Source: Spirochaetia bacterium
GTDB taxonomy: Bacteria; Spirochaetota; Spirochaetia; SZUA-6; Bin103
DNA length: 64,000 bases
Reading direction: 5' to 3'
Assembly: GCA_965203905.1 (NCBI GenBank)
Contig: CBDBDQ010000005.1
Location: forward strand, 6,432,001-6,496,000
Each line of letters starts with the position of its first letter. The stretch's first letter is position 1. The notes beneath the pieces are model-generated. The model ran no database searches, was not told the DNA's origin, and was given only the letters and a program-made list of their open reading frames with translations. A program made the position numbers and the translations under genes. Shown one piece after another: positions 42,681-54,075 of this stretch.

Positions 42681-42754
42681 TGGGCCTGGCTAGAATTGAA
42701 CTAGCGACCTCACGCTTATCAGGCGTGCGCTCTGACCAACTGAGCTACAGGCCC
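42681..42754 (-). tRNA. tRNA-Ile(GAT), CCA not encoded
   Basis: GGGCCTGTAGCTCAGTTGGTCAGAGCGCACGCCTGATAAGCGTGAGGTCGCTAGTTCAATTCTAGCCAGGCCCA folds as a cloverleaf with anticodon GAT. Confidence 0.97.
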
Positions 42755-42863
42755 GCGAACGGTGCAGCGCCATGCGCTACGCCACGCGAACGGTACGCGG
42801 CCCTCGACTCCCCGAATGATGGCGCCGGTGGCCGTTCCTGTCAACGCCGCCGCGGCACGCCGT

Positions 42864-43217
42864 TCACTTGGAATCGGAGTCGGCGGATGCGGCCTCGTCC
42901 CTGCTGCGGAGCTGGGCCAGGGTCCGTTCCTTCTCGTCGATGCGGCTCTCGATGTCGACCAGCTCGGCTACCAGCTCCTTCACGCCCACCGTGTTCTTGG
43001 AGACCGTGCTCTGAGCGCGTGCCGTAAACGCGTCGTAGACCTCGTGGCCGAGCTGCGAAAGCAGCTTCATCGACTGCCGCTCGAGCTGCAGCACATCGAA
43101 CTTGAGCACCCCCATCTCGCTGAGGTCCTTGGCACCGATACGCGCCTTGTCCAGCACTCCGCGGGAGGCGTCGAGGCCCTGCTCCACTGCCTTCTCGATT
43201 CTATTCCATAGCTTCAT
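42864..43217 (-). CDS. Small coiled-coil hypothetical protein
   Basis: ATG with GGAGG RBS; amphipathic helices (MKLWNRIEKAVEQG...LSQLGHEVY). Confidence 0.65.
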   Translation of the reverse strand: MKLWNRIEKAVEQGLDASRGVLDKARIGAKDLSEMGVLKFDVLQLERQSMKLLSQLGHEVYDAFTARAQSTVSKNTVGVKELVAELVDIESRIDEKERTLAQLRSRDEAASADSDSK

Positions 43218-43388
43218 GGGACCTCCTACCGCCATAGTTCGCCATTTGTTATTGAGCGGATAGCGCTTCCGAATGTGGTGCCCAATGTATCGCCGCGGAG
43301 GTGCATCGGCAAAACAAATTGTCGCCAGATTGCACCCATACCCCTTTACACTAGGCGGGCTTCGTCAATTATATTGGCCTACAATCAC

Positions 43389-44645
43389 GTGGCTGCACAT
43401 AGGGTAAGGGATCCCTCGCTGGCCGAGCAGGGCGCGCTCAAGATGCGTTGGGCGCAATCGCGCATGCCGGTGTTGGCGGATCTGAAGCGCCAGTACGAAC
43501 ACAGCAAACCGTTGGCCGGGCAACGCATCGCCGGCTGTCTGCACGTCACCAAGGAGACCGGAGTGCTGATCCGAACCCTGCGCGCAGCGGGGGCGGAAGT
43601 GGCGTGGAGTGGCTGCAACCCGCTGTCCACGCAGGACGACGTTGCCGCCGCGCTGGCGGCTGAGGATGTCAGTATCTTCGCCTGGCACGGCCTGTCGGTG
43701 GAGGAGTTCTACTGGTGCATCGACGCCACCCTGAAGATCGAACCGACGCTCACCCTGGACGACGGCGCGGACCTCATCTTCCGGGTCCACGCCCGCCACC
43801 CGGAGCTGGCGGCCAGCATCCTCGGCGGCACCGAGGAGACCACCACCGGGGTCCATCGGCTGCAGGCGATGGCCGCCAGCGGCAAGCTGCGCTATCCGGT
43901 GATGGCGGTCAACAACGCCCAGACCAAGTGGGACTTCGACAACGTCTACGGCACCGGTCAGTCGGCATTGGACGGGGTGCTGCGGGCAACCTCGATCCTG
44001 GTCGCCGGCAAGACCCTGGTCGTGGCCGGCTTCGGACACTGTGGCCGTGGAACCGCGCTCCGCGCCCGCGGCATGGGCGCCCAGGTAGTGGTTACCGAGG
44101 TTGATCCGATCGCCGCGCTCAAAGCGACCCTGGAGGGGTTCGCCGTAATGCCAATGCAGGCAGCAGCGAGAGTGGGCGACGTTTTCATTACCACGACGGG
44201 CATGAAGGACGTGATCACGCGGCGCCACTTCGAATCCATGAAGGACGGCGCGGTGGTCTGCAATGCCGGTCACTACGACTGCGAATTGAATCTCGAAGAT
44301 CTGCGGGAACTGGCTGCCGAGCCGACCGCTATCCGGGCCCACAACCAGGAGCACGTGCTTGCCGACGGGCGCCGCATCTACCTCCTGGCCGAGGGCCGGC
44401 TGGTAAACCTGGCGGCCGCCGAGGGGCACCCCTCCGAGGTAATGGACATGTCGTTCGCCAACCAGTTCCTGAGCCTGATCTCCCTGGCGCAGGACGGCGT
44501 CGAACGGGAGCACCGGGTATATCCCGTCGCGGCGGAGCAGGACCGCCGTATCGCCGAGATCAAGCTGCACACCATGGGAATCGCCATCGACCGCCTGACG
44601 CCCGAGCAGCAGGCGTATCTCCAGGATTACTCGCAGGGCACCTGA
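43389..44645 (+). CDS. ahcY: Adenosylhomocysteinase
   Basis: GCLHVTKET, GCNPLSTQDD, DDGADL, EETTTG, FDNVYGTGQS, GRLVNL, GHPSEVMDMSF. Confidence 0.97.
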   Translation: MAAHRVRDPSLAEQGALKMRWAQSRMPVLADLKRQYEHSKPLAGQRIAGCLHVTKETGVLIRTLRAAGAEVAWSGCNPLSTQDDVAAALAAEDVSIFAWHGLSVEEFYWCIDATLKIEPTLTLDDGADLIFRVHARHPELAASILGGTEETTTGVHRLQAMAASGKLRYPVMAVNNAQTKWDFDNVYGTGQSALDGVLRATSILVAGKTLVVAGFGHCGRGTALRARGMGAQVVVTEVDPIAALKATLEGFAVMPMQAAARVGDVFITTTGMKDVITRRHFESMKDGAVVCNAGHYDCELNLEDLRELAAEPTAIRAHNQEHVLADGRRIYLLAEGRLVNLAAAEGHPSEVMDMSFANQFLSLISLAQDGVEREHRVYPVAAEQDRRIAEIKLHTMGIAIDRLTPEQQAYLQDYSQGT

Positions 44646-45382
44646 TGGCAGCTCCGCCTCGCGTAGGAACGGACCCGGCCCCACCTGCCGAACTGGCGCG
44701 GCAGCGCCCGCTCACCGCGCCCGCCTACCACCTGCTGGTCCTGGGTCCCCCCGGTGCCGGCAAGGGGACCCTGGCGGAGCTGTTGTGCGCGCATCTCGGG
44801 ATCGCGCACGTGTCCACCGGTGACATGTTTCGCGCCGCCATGAGTGCCGGCACCGACCTGGGCCAACAGGTCGCCGCCACCATCAACCGCGGAGCGCTGG
44901 TCTCCGACGAACTGACGGTAGGCCTGGTGCGCGAGCGGCTGGCGGCGGACGACTTGCAGGCAGGCTACCTGCTGGACGGCTTTCCGCGCACCGTTGCCCA
45001 GGCAGTCGCCCTGGAGCGCATCAGCACGATTCATGCCGCCATCAACCTGGAGGTTGCCGACGATCTGGTGGTGCGGCGCATCTCCGGGCGCCGGGTCTGC
45101 CTTCGCGACGGTGAGATCTTTCACCTCGAGCACCATCCCCCGCGGGTAGCCGGGCTGTGCGACCGTTGCGGCTGCCCGTTGATCCAGCGCGACGACGATC
45201 GTCCCGCGGCCGTCCGCCACCGGCTGCAGGTGTACGCCGATCAGACCGCACCACTGGTGGAGTTCTACCGCGACCGCGGGCTGCTGCATCGCGTCGACGG
45301 CAGCCTGACCCCGGTGCAGGTGCGCGACCAGGTCCTCACTCATCTGGGGGTCGAGCGGCAACCGGCCGCGGCGCTGGATTAG
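44645..45382 (+). CDS. adk: Adenylate kinase
   Basis: GPPGAGKGT, STGDMFR, LLDGFPRT, LID region with CDRCG, QRDDD. Confidence 0.95.
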   Translation: MAAPPRVGTDPAPPAELARQRPLTAPAYHLLVLGPPGAGKGTLAELLCAHLGIAHVSTGDMFRAAMSAGTDLGQQVAATINRGALVSDELTVGLVRERLAADDLQAGYLLDGFPRTVAQAVALERISTIHAAINLEVADDLVVRRISGRRVCLRDGEIFHLEHHPPRVAGLCDRCGCPLIQRDDDRPAAVRHRLQVYADQTAPLVEFYRDRGLLHRVDGSLTPVQVRDQVLTHLGVERQPAAALD

Positions 45383-45415
45383 TCACCACCGCTGGACTAG
45401 CCACCACCGCTGGCG
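45380..45415. repeat. Tandem direct repeat (18-nt period) at the adk/TPR convergence
   Basis: tagtcaccaccgctggac followed by tagccaccaccgctggcg. Confidence 0.55.
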
Positions 45416-45424
45416 GAGGCTACG

Positions 45425-46417
45425 CTATTGCGGCGCGGCCACCAGCTCCGGGAATTGCCCGGTGACCAGATCCAGGACCGCGCCGCGGCGTACCAGCCGC
45501 TCCTCCAGCAACAGCTCGGTCAGCCGGTCGAGGTCGCGGTAGCCGTTCTCCAGCGCCAGGGTGAGCGCGGCCAGACCGGCGCCATGGTCCTCCAGCGCGG
45601 CAAGCAGGATCCACGCGCGCTCGAACGCCAGCTCCGCCTGCCGGCCGTCGCCGGCCGGCAACAGCTCGGCCGCCGACTCGTACGCTTCCAGCGCCGTCTC
45701 GTAGCGGCCCCGCTGCCGTTCCACCTGGGCCCACGTCGCCAGCGCGTCGGCGTCGTCCGGCACCGCCTCCAGGTACTCGCCGAGCACCCGCGCGGCCTCC
45801 TCGGGCGGGCCGGTCTGGGCCAGCAGCGCGCCCAGGCGGTAGCGCGCCTGATGATCGTCAGGATCGAACCGCAGCACCGTGCGCAACTCCTCCGCGGCGG
45901 CCGGGAGCTCGCCCAGCGCCCACAGCAGAATCGCGGCGTTGTAGCGGGCCGTGGTCTGCTCCGGCTGCACCTGCAGCAACCGGCGGTAGGTCGCCAGGGC
46001 ATCCCCCAGGCGGCCCCGGCGCTCGTCGCTGATCGCCTGCAGTTCCAGGACCCGTACGTTCACCGGGTCGGCGGCCAGCAGCACGGCAAGGTGGCCGGCG
46101 GCAGCGTTCGCGGCGCCGAGCTCCAGCAGGGCTACCGCCAGATTGAAGCGCGTGTCAGCGGCGTCCGGCTGCAATTCCAGGCCACGTTGGAAGTAATCGG
46201 CAGCCTGCTGCGGCTCGCCCAGCTCCAGGTAGCCGGTGCCGAGATGGAAGTACTCCGCGGCGAGCTGGGCGCGACTCACGTCGGTGGCGCAAGCGGCGCC
46301 GAGCAGCAGGGCGACGGCGGCGCAGCACAGGGCGCGGGCGCTGCGGCGGGCGCCCGCGAAGCACGCCATGGCGCGCGCATGATCGACCCCCGCACGGTAC
46401 ACTGTCAGCGTCATCAT
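45425..46417 (-). CDS. Tetratricopeptide-repeat lipoprotein
   Basis: LLLGAAC lipobox-like motif followed by multiple TPR units (AEYFHLG, TRFNLA, ARYNAA, ARYRLG). Confidence 0.85.
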   Translation of the reverse strand: MMTLTVYRAGVDHARAMACFAGARRSARALCCAAVALLLGAACATDVSRAQLAAEYFHLGTGYLELGEPQQAADYFQRGLELQPDAADTRFNLAVALLELGAANAAAGHLAVLLAADPVNVRVLELQAISDERRGRLGDALATYRRLLQVQPEQTTARYNAAILLWALGELPAAAEELRTVLRFDPDDHQARYRLGALLAQTGPPEEAARVLGEYLEAVPDDADALATWAQVERQRGRYETALEAYESAAELLPAGDGRQAELAFERAWILLAALEDHGAGLAALTLALENGYRDLDRLTELLLEERLVRRGAVLDLVTGQFPELVAAPQ

Positions 46418-46709
46418 GGGCGCTCGAAGACCAGCTCGTACCCGGTGCCGTGCCCGCATCGCCAGCTTGCTCGGCGTGGCGCTGCTGGCCGCCGGCGCCT
46501 GCGGCGGCGATCGGCAGGTGCCCGAGTCGGGCCGCTACCAGGAGTCCCCGATGCTGCGCGAACGGGTCGAGGCCGGGGAGCTGCCGCCGGTGGAAGAGCG
46601 CCTGCCGGACGAGCCGCTGGTGGTGGAGGTTCCGGAAGTGGGCGAATACGGCGGCAGCCTGGGCGGCGGCCGCGTAATCCAGAGTGACGAATGGCGCCGC
46701 ACCCGCTAG
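46416..46709 (+). pseudogene. Truncated ABC-transporter (family 5) solute-binding lipoprotein remnant
   Basis: Lipobox LAAGAC plus the characteristic N-terminus YQESPMLRERVEAGELPPVEERLPDEPLVV..GEYGGSL; stop after only 97 aa. Confidence 0.75.
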
Positions 46710-46770
46710 CGCCCCGCCTGTCGTACGGAGTCGGTCGGGCCTGCCGCTGGCGCGCCAATCCGACAGACTC

Positions 46771-47775
46771 CTAACGCCGGACGCGGACCCGGCGGCCGGT
46801 TCGGCCCGCCTCCAGCAGCGCGTCCAGCACGCCCAGCACCTGCAGGTTGCGCCGGCCGCTGGTCTCCGGCTCCGCTCCACCGTTGATCCAGTCGGCGAAT
46901 CCGGCCGCCACCTGCTGGTCCAGTGAGAGGGCGGGTGCGGGATCGATGGCCAGCGCCTGCCAATCCCCTGCGCCGGGCGTTGCCAGCTCGATCAACTCGT
47001 CGCCGCTGAAGGAGCGGGTATTGCGGTAGCGGAGCGCACCGCGCTCGCACTCCAGGCGCAGCTCGAAACTGTTGATCCGGGCATCGGAGGTGGACACCAC
47101 CGCCACGCGGCAGCCGTTGTCCAGGGTCAACTCGGCGGTGGCAGTGGACTCCCGGCGCCAGGTGGTGGCCGGCGGCCGGTAGCAGTGACCGCTGACGGCG
47201 GTGACCGGCTGCGCGATCATCGCCAGCAGGGAATCGACCTCATGCACCGTCATCTGCCAGAGCTGGGACTGCGGCGAATCGGGGTACTCGCCGCCGCGCG
47301 CCTTGTACGAGAGCAGGTGGCCTACCTGGGGCTGTCCCCAGCGCTGCTCACGCAGCAGCCGGCGCATGGTGCGCTGGCCCGGGAGATAGCGCCACTGCTG
47401 CACTACCGCAATCTTGCGGTCGCGTGCGGCCGCCAGTTCCAGCAGCCGGCGCGCGCTGTCCACGGTAGAGGTAAACGGCTTCTCCACCAGCACGTGGGTT
47501 CCGGCCTGCAACGCCTGCTCCACCAGTTCCTCGTGGGTGCGGGCCCAGGTCGCGACCACCACCGCGTCGCAGGCGGTGGCGGCCAGCGCCTCCTCGAGGG
47601 AGCCGTAGGCGAGCTCCTCCGGCAGCGCTTCCTCCGCGCACAGCTTGCCCAGGCGGGCCGCGTCGAGGTCGACGACCGCGGCCAATTCGTACTGCTCGGC
47701 GAGCGCGCGCACGCTGCGCAGGTGGGACCGACCGCGTCCCGCGCCCACGATGACCGTACGGATCCGGTCAGCCAT
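46771..47775 (-). CDS. Gfo/Idh/MocA family oxidoreductase
   Basis: VIVGAG Rossmann motif, HVLVEKPF, MTVHEVD. Confidence 0.9.
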   Translation of the reverse strand: MADRIRTVIVGAGRGRSHLRSVRALAEQYELAAVVDLDAARLGKLCAEEALPEELAYGSLEEALAATACDAVVVATWARTHEELVEQALQAGTHVLVEKPFTSTVDSARRLLELAAARDRKIAVVQQWRYLPGQRTMRRLLREQRWGQPQVGHLLSYKARGGEYPDSPQSQLWQMTVHEVDSLLAMIAQPVTAVSGHCYRPPATTWRRESTATAELTLDNGCRVAVVSTSDARINSFELRLECERGALRYRNTRSFSGDELIELATPGAGDWQALAIDPAPALSLDQQVAAGFADWINGGAEPETSGRRNLQVLGVLDALLEAGRTGRRVRVRR

Positions 47776-47784
47776 AGCCACCTG

Positions 47785-49734
<1,950 letters not shown>

Positions 49735-49775
49735 TCACGGCGACGCGCAGGGTAGCCGATTCCACGGGTCGCCGG

Positions 49776-50108
49776 CTACTCCTTGAGCACCAGGTGCACC
49801 AGCACCTGCAGGCTGGTGCCGGGGGGCAGGCTGCCGGTGAGCCGCAGCCAGCCGCCGAACTCGCGCAACCGCGCCCAGGCCGTTTCCTCCGCCCCTGCCG
49901 GGATGCGCACCTCCGTGCCCTCGGGGCACCAATGCATCCCGTCCGGGCTGAGCTCGACCCGAGCCACCGCTCCGGCGGGCGCGCTGCCCTCCAGCACGCG
50001 GATGAAGAACAGCGCCTCCGCGGCCCAGGCGCACTCCTGCGGCTCGGTGGCGAAGGCGCCTTCCCAGGTGGTGCCCAGCTCGATGGCGGTGGTGTGACTC
50101 TGACGCAC
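49776..50108 (-). CDS. Small hypothetical protein (DUF6385-like)
   Basis: FATEPQECAWAAEALFFIR...VELSPDGMHW...FGGWLRL. Family name from recall only. Confidence 0.55.
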   Translation of the reverse strand: MRQSHTTAIELGTTWEGAFATEPQECAWAAEALFFIRVLEGSAPAGAVARVELSPDGMHWCPEGTEVRIPAGAEETAWARLREFGGWLRLTGSLPPGTSLQVLVHLVLKE

Positions 50109-50109
50109 G

Positions 50110-50979
50110 TCAGCCCTCCCCGGTGGATGCCAGCACCGAGTCCAGGTACAGGAACGCCCGCCGCGCCGCATCGCTCTCCACCCAGAACACGATGTTGAGC
50201 ATCGACCACAGGTTGGGCATCGCCGGCAGGTTCATCGGCTCGACCGCGCCGAGGTCGAACACCCGTTCGTTGCATTGGAAGTCGCGAAACCGCATCTCGC
50301 GCAGATCGAAGTCGAGGCGCAGATAGTACCAGTTGTGCTTGGTGGCGATCTCGTTGTAGCACAGCCGCTGGTCGCCGCCGGGAATGTCCTCCCACTGCCG
50401 CGAAGCGAGGTGGAAGTGGGACCAGGTCTTGCCACGGGGCCCGATGTCGCGCAGCGGCTCGCGCCGGTTCTTGTACTGCCAGCGCTCCACGCGCTCGCCG
50501 GCGAAGGCATTGAGGTAGCGTACGTGCGGCATCACCCGCAGTGGCGCGGAAGACTGGCCGTCGGCATGCTGCAGATCCAGCACCATGCCCAGCGCCCGCA
50601 CCGCCGTCTCGCTCAACTCCAGCGCGCTCGCCTCCGGCTTGAAGGTGACGATCGCCTCCACCCGCACGGTGCTCCAGTGGCGGAACGTGAAGCGCTTGAT
50701 GGCGGTGCTGAAGGCGCCCGGCTTGGGGCGGGTGGCCAGCTTGAGGGCGTAGCTGCCGCCGAGGGCGCCGGAGGTGCCGGCGTCCCACATGCTGAGGTTG
50801 CTGAGCATCGGCCCGCGCATGTCCATGTACTCCGGCAGCATGGAGTCGATGCGGTCCTCGTAGTTGCCGATCAGCGCGCCCCAGCCGCACAGGCCGCGGT
50901 TGAAGTCGTCGTGGCACAGGATTCGCGGCAGCGGATCAAACAGCCCGCCGCGCGCCGCCGCGCCGGTGGTCGGTGCCAT
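50110..50979 (-). CDS. Hypothetical protein (DUF6772-like, beta-sandwich-rich)
   Basis: FDPLPRILCHDDFNRGLCGW...YNEIATKHNWYYLRLDFDL...FLYLDSV; GC3-rich coding pattern. Family name from recall only. Confidence 0.55.
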   Translation of the reverse strand: MAPTTGAAARGGLFDPLPRILCHDDFNRGLCGWGALIGNYEDRIDSMLPEYMDMRGPMLSNLSMWDAGTSGALGGSYALKLATRPKPGAFSTAIKRFTFRHWSTVRVEAIVTFKPEASALELSETAVRALGMVLDLQHADGQSSAPLRVMPHVRYLNAFAGERVERWQYKNRREPLRDIGPRGKTWSHFHLASRQWEDIPGGDQRLCYNEIATKHNWYYLRLDFDLREMRFRDFQCNERVFDLGAVEPMNLPAMPNLWSMLNIVFWVESDAARRAFLYLDSVLASTGEG

Positions 50980-51014
50980 GACCGCCATTCTACCCGCACG
51001 CTATGATCCGGGCC

Positions 51015-52799
51015 ATGCCGACCGCGAACCGTACCGCCATCCGCATCGACAGCCCGCTGCCGCCACCGCCGTGGGCGGTCATGCAGCGCGCCCTGCTGCA
51101 GGCCCAGGTGCCGGCGCTGGAGGCGTTCTACGCCAAGTACTTCGACGAGCGCGGCTACCTCCGCTGCGTGCCGCGCTGGGGCGGCGACGACGGCGCCGAC
51201 GATGCCGCCGAGAACTTCACCGGCTGGACCCTGCTGTACGCCCTCGGCGCCGACCGGGTGGTGCTGGAGCGCTACCTGGCGGCCTGGGAGGGACACCTGC
51301 GGCAGTACACCGAGGCCCGTACCGTGGAGGTGGAGTTCGCCCGCGACGGCATGTACTTCAAGGAGTTCCCGGTGATGTTCGACTGGGGACACAACGGCGA
51401 GGGGTTCAACGCCTTCTACCTGCAGGGGCTGTGCACCCCGTACGACCGCACCTTCCAGGCGCGCACGCGGCGCTACGCCGGCTTCTACCTGGACGAGGAC
51501 CCGATCGCCAGGAACTACGACCCGCGGCACCGCGTGATCCGCAGCCTGTTCAACGGCAGCCGCGGGCCGCTGCTGCGCAAGGCCACCGCCCTGGACTGGG
51601 CCGGCGACCCGATCGAGATCGCGGGCCGCTTCAAGCCGGGCCACCAGGAGACCAGCTACGAGCAGATGCTGGCGCACTTCGCCGAGTACACCGACATCGT
51701 GGGCGATCATCCGCTCAACCTGCAGACCACCACCCTGGCGCTCAACGCCTACCTGATCGCGGGCGAGGGCAAGTACCGCGACTGGATCGTGGAGTACGTC
51801 GGCGCCTGGCGCGAGCGCACCGCGGCCAACGGCGGCATCATCCCCACCAACGTGGGCCTGGACGGCACCCTGGGCGGCGCCTGCGACGGCAGGTGGTGGG
51901 GCGGCACCTACGGCTGGGGGTTCACCATCGACGACTACCTCAACCCGGGCAGCGGCGGCCGCATCCACCGCCACATGTTCCTGGAGCGGGCGCCGCAGGG
52001 CTTCGGCAACGCCCTGCTCGCCACCGGCGACCAGGCCTACGTGGACACCTGGCGCGGGGTGATCGAGGGGGTCAACGCCAACGCCCGGGTGGTTGGCGGG
52101 CAGACCCTGTATCCGCACAACTACGGCGAAGAGAAGGGCGCTCCCGGCTGGTACAACTACACCCCCGAGCCGTACACCAACGGCGCGCTGCCGGTGTGGT
52201 TCTGGTCGATGCGGGAGGCGGACAAGGGGCTGATCGCCGGCCACGAGTGGATCCGCTACCTGGACGGCGCCGACCCGGACTACCCGGTGACGGCGCTGCA
52301 GCGGGAGTTCGCCGAGCTGCGGCGGCGGGTGCAGCGGATGCGGGCCGACACCAGCAGCCCCGACACCCGCATGTCGGACGACCCGATGGGCGCCAACCCG
52401 GCGCTGACCACCGCCCTCACCCGCCTGATGCTGGGCGGCTACGAGCCGCTCCACTACGGCTTCCCGCTGCACTGCCGCTTGCGCTACTTCGACCCCGAGC
52501 GCCGGCGCCCCGGCATCCCGCCGGCGGTGGCGGCCCTGGTGGACAGCATGTCGGCAACCGAGGTGGGGGTTACGCTGGTGAACCTGGACCCGGTGCACGC
52601 GCGTTCGCTGGTGGTGCAGGCGGGCGCCTACGGCGAGCATCGCTTCGGCACCGTGGCCGCCGGCACCACGCGGGCGGCCGTGGACCATCCCTGCCTCACC
52701 GTGCACCTGGAGCCGGGCTGCGGAGCGCGCCTGGTGCTGGAGCAGCACCGTTACACGGAGCGGCCCACCTTTACCTTTCCCTGGGATCGGGTGGCGTGA
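51015..52799 (+). CDS. Large aromatic-rich hypothetical protein, possibly an (alpha/alpha)-barrel lyase or hydrolase
   Basis: Long ORF with strong GC3 bias; motifs WGGDDGADDAAE, DWGHNGE, WWGGTYGW, RYFDPERRRPG, QAGAYGEH. Confidence 0.7.
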   Translation: MPTANRTAIRIDSPLPPPPWAVMQRALLQAQVPALEAFYAKYFDERGYLRCVPRWGGDDGADDAAENFTGWTLLYALGADRVVLERYLAAWEGHLRQYTEARTVEVEFARDGMYFKEFPVMFDWGHNGEGFNAFYLQGLCTPYDRTFQARTRRYAGFYLDEDPIARNYDPRHRVIRSLFNGSRGPLLRKATALDWAGDPIEIAGRFKPGHQETSYEQMLAHFAEYTDIVGDHPLNLQTTTLALNAYLIAGEGKYRDWIVEYVGAWRERTAANGGIIPTNVGLDGTLGGACDGRWWGGTYGWGFTIDDYLNPGSGGRIHRHMFLERAPQGFGNALLATGDQAYVDTWRGVIEGVNANARVVGGQTLYPHNYGEEKGAPGWYNYTPEPYTNGALPVWFWSMREADKGLIAGHEWIRYLDGADPDYPVTALQREFAELRRRVQRMRADTSSPDTRMSDDPMGANPALTTALTRLMLGGYEPLHYGFPLHCRLRYFDPERRRPGIPPAVAALVDSMSATEVGVTLVNLDPVHARSLVVQAGAYGEHRFGTVAAGTTRAAVDHPCLTVHLEPGCGARLVLEQHRYTERPTFTFPWDRVA

Positions 52800-53292
52800 C
52801 CGGCTCGTAATCGGCGCGGTCGCCGATCCACCACTGCCAGGGACCGGTCACCCGCTTGCCGAGCGCCTTCAGGTAGACGTGCGCCTTGGCGTAGAAGATC
52901 AGCAGCGCCTCGCGGTAGATGTGGAACTGCACCGGCACCGGCGGCGCAAACCCGTGACCGCGCTCGACGTTCCTGGCCAAGTCCGCTTCCTCCAGGTCCT
53001 CCAGCACCGCCTCCAACTCGGCGTCCAGTCGCGCATACCAGGTGCGGAGTTTCTCGACGCTGCGGCACACCTCCACCTGGTGGCGGTAGCTGAAGTCGAG
53101 CCGGAAGGTGCGGAACGACTCGATGTAGGCCTGCTGCACCTCGCCGATCTCGCGGCACAGCTCACCCAGCCGCAGGCACCCGGGCGCCGGCCGGTAGTCG
53201 AGGTCGGCATCGCTCAGCACTGCGAGGAGCTGGCGCCGCAACTCCTGGGTCGCGTGCAGCACTTCGCGCTGCTCCTGCACGAACCTTGTCAC
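52771..53292 (-). CDS. DinB/YfiT-like four-helix protein
   Basis: LSDADLDYRP...LGELCREIGEVQQAY...HVYLKALG pattern. Confidence 0.6.
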   Translation of the reverse strand: MTRFVQEQREVLHATQELRRQLLAVLSDADLDYRPAPGCLRLGELCREIGEVQQAYIESFRTFRLDFSYRHQVEVCRSVEKLRTWYARLDAELEAVLEDLEEADLARNVERGHGFAPPVPVQFHIYREALLIFYAKAHVYLKALGKRVTGPWQWWIGDRADYEPVTPPDPRER

Positions 53293-53307
53293 GGCTTGCT
53301 GCCTCTA

Positions 53308-54075
53308 CTATCGACCACCGCGTAGGAATCCGTGCGCATCGACGTTCGTGTATTGCGTAAACTGACAAATTGTACCGTCACGGTCGTGCACCCGAAAGTC
53401 TCTTCCACGATAATGTGCAACGTCAAAGTGGAACCCGGGAGGCATCTGAAACGAAAGCTTCTTATCCTGCCATGGCAAGAGCCCACGACTACCGTGAGGC
53501 GTCGTATCTCGCGAAAACACCAGCCGATTTGTGTCGCGCCAAGTGGCACGATGGCGATGTATTTGACGAAACCTGGCAATTGCCGTTTGGACCGCGGACA
53601 GACTATCCTTCCTCCGATGCACATTACGACACCGAGACCACACGTCGACCACGGAGGGTTGCGCCGAGAAAGCGGTTTCAGGGAGCAACAGCGGTGAGTC
53701 GATTCGCGGTCTTATTCTATCGCGCCAGCACTCCTCGTAAGCCAGTGTGTCGTCAACGGCCGTGAAGAACACCGATTGACCGTATTGGCGGGACAGTTGG
53801 CGCGGCAACCACGTCGCCCGGAGGGACCAGGACTTCAACTCGGAGAACCCCGGGCGCTCGTCCTCCCTGTCATGCAGCAATATGAAATGAACACCATCAA
53901 CGGCGGCTTCGTTCGCTACGTTCAATACGTGTGGCCACACGCTTCTCAGATCAGCACGTTTGTGAGCACGACCCGGAATGACCCGTATTTCCCATCCCGG
54001 TCGTGTGGGCTTACGACCTGAGCGTTGGAGCACTCCAAGCGGTATGCCAGCGATTATCGCGAGGGGAGAGCTCAC
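53308..54075 (-). CDS. Hypothetical protein in a lower-GC islet (candidate toxin/effector)
   Basis: 255-aa ORF with a GTGA overlap with the upstream gene; C-terminal HG...GFHFDV...NVDAHG. Confidence 0.55.
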   Translation of the reverse strand: MSSPLAIIAGIPLGVLQRSGRKPTRPGWEIRVIPGRAHKRADLRSVWPHVLNVANEAAVDGVHFILLHDREDERPGFSELKSWSLRATWLPRQLSRQYGQSVFFTAVDDTLAYEECWRDRIRPRIDSPLLLPETAFSAQPSVVDVWSRCRNVHRRKDSLSAVQTAIARFRQIHRHRATWRDTNRLVFSRDTTPHGSRGLLPWQDKKLSFQMPPGFHFDVAHYRGRDFRVHDRDGTICQFTQYTNVDAHGFLRGGR

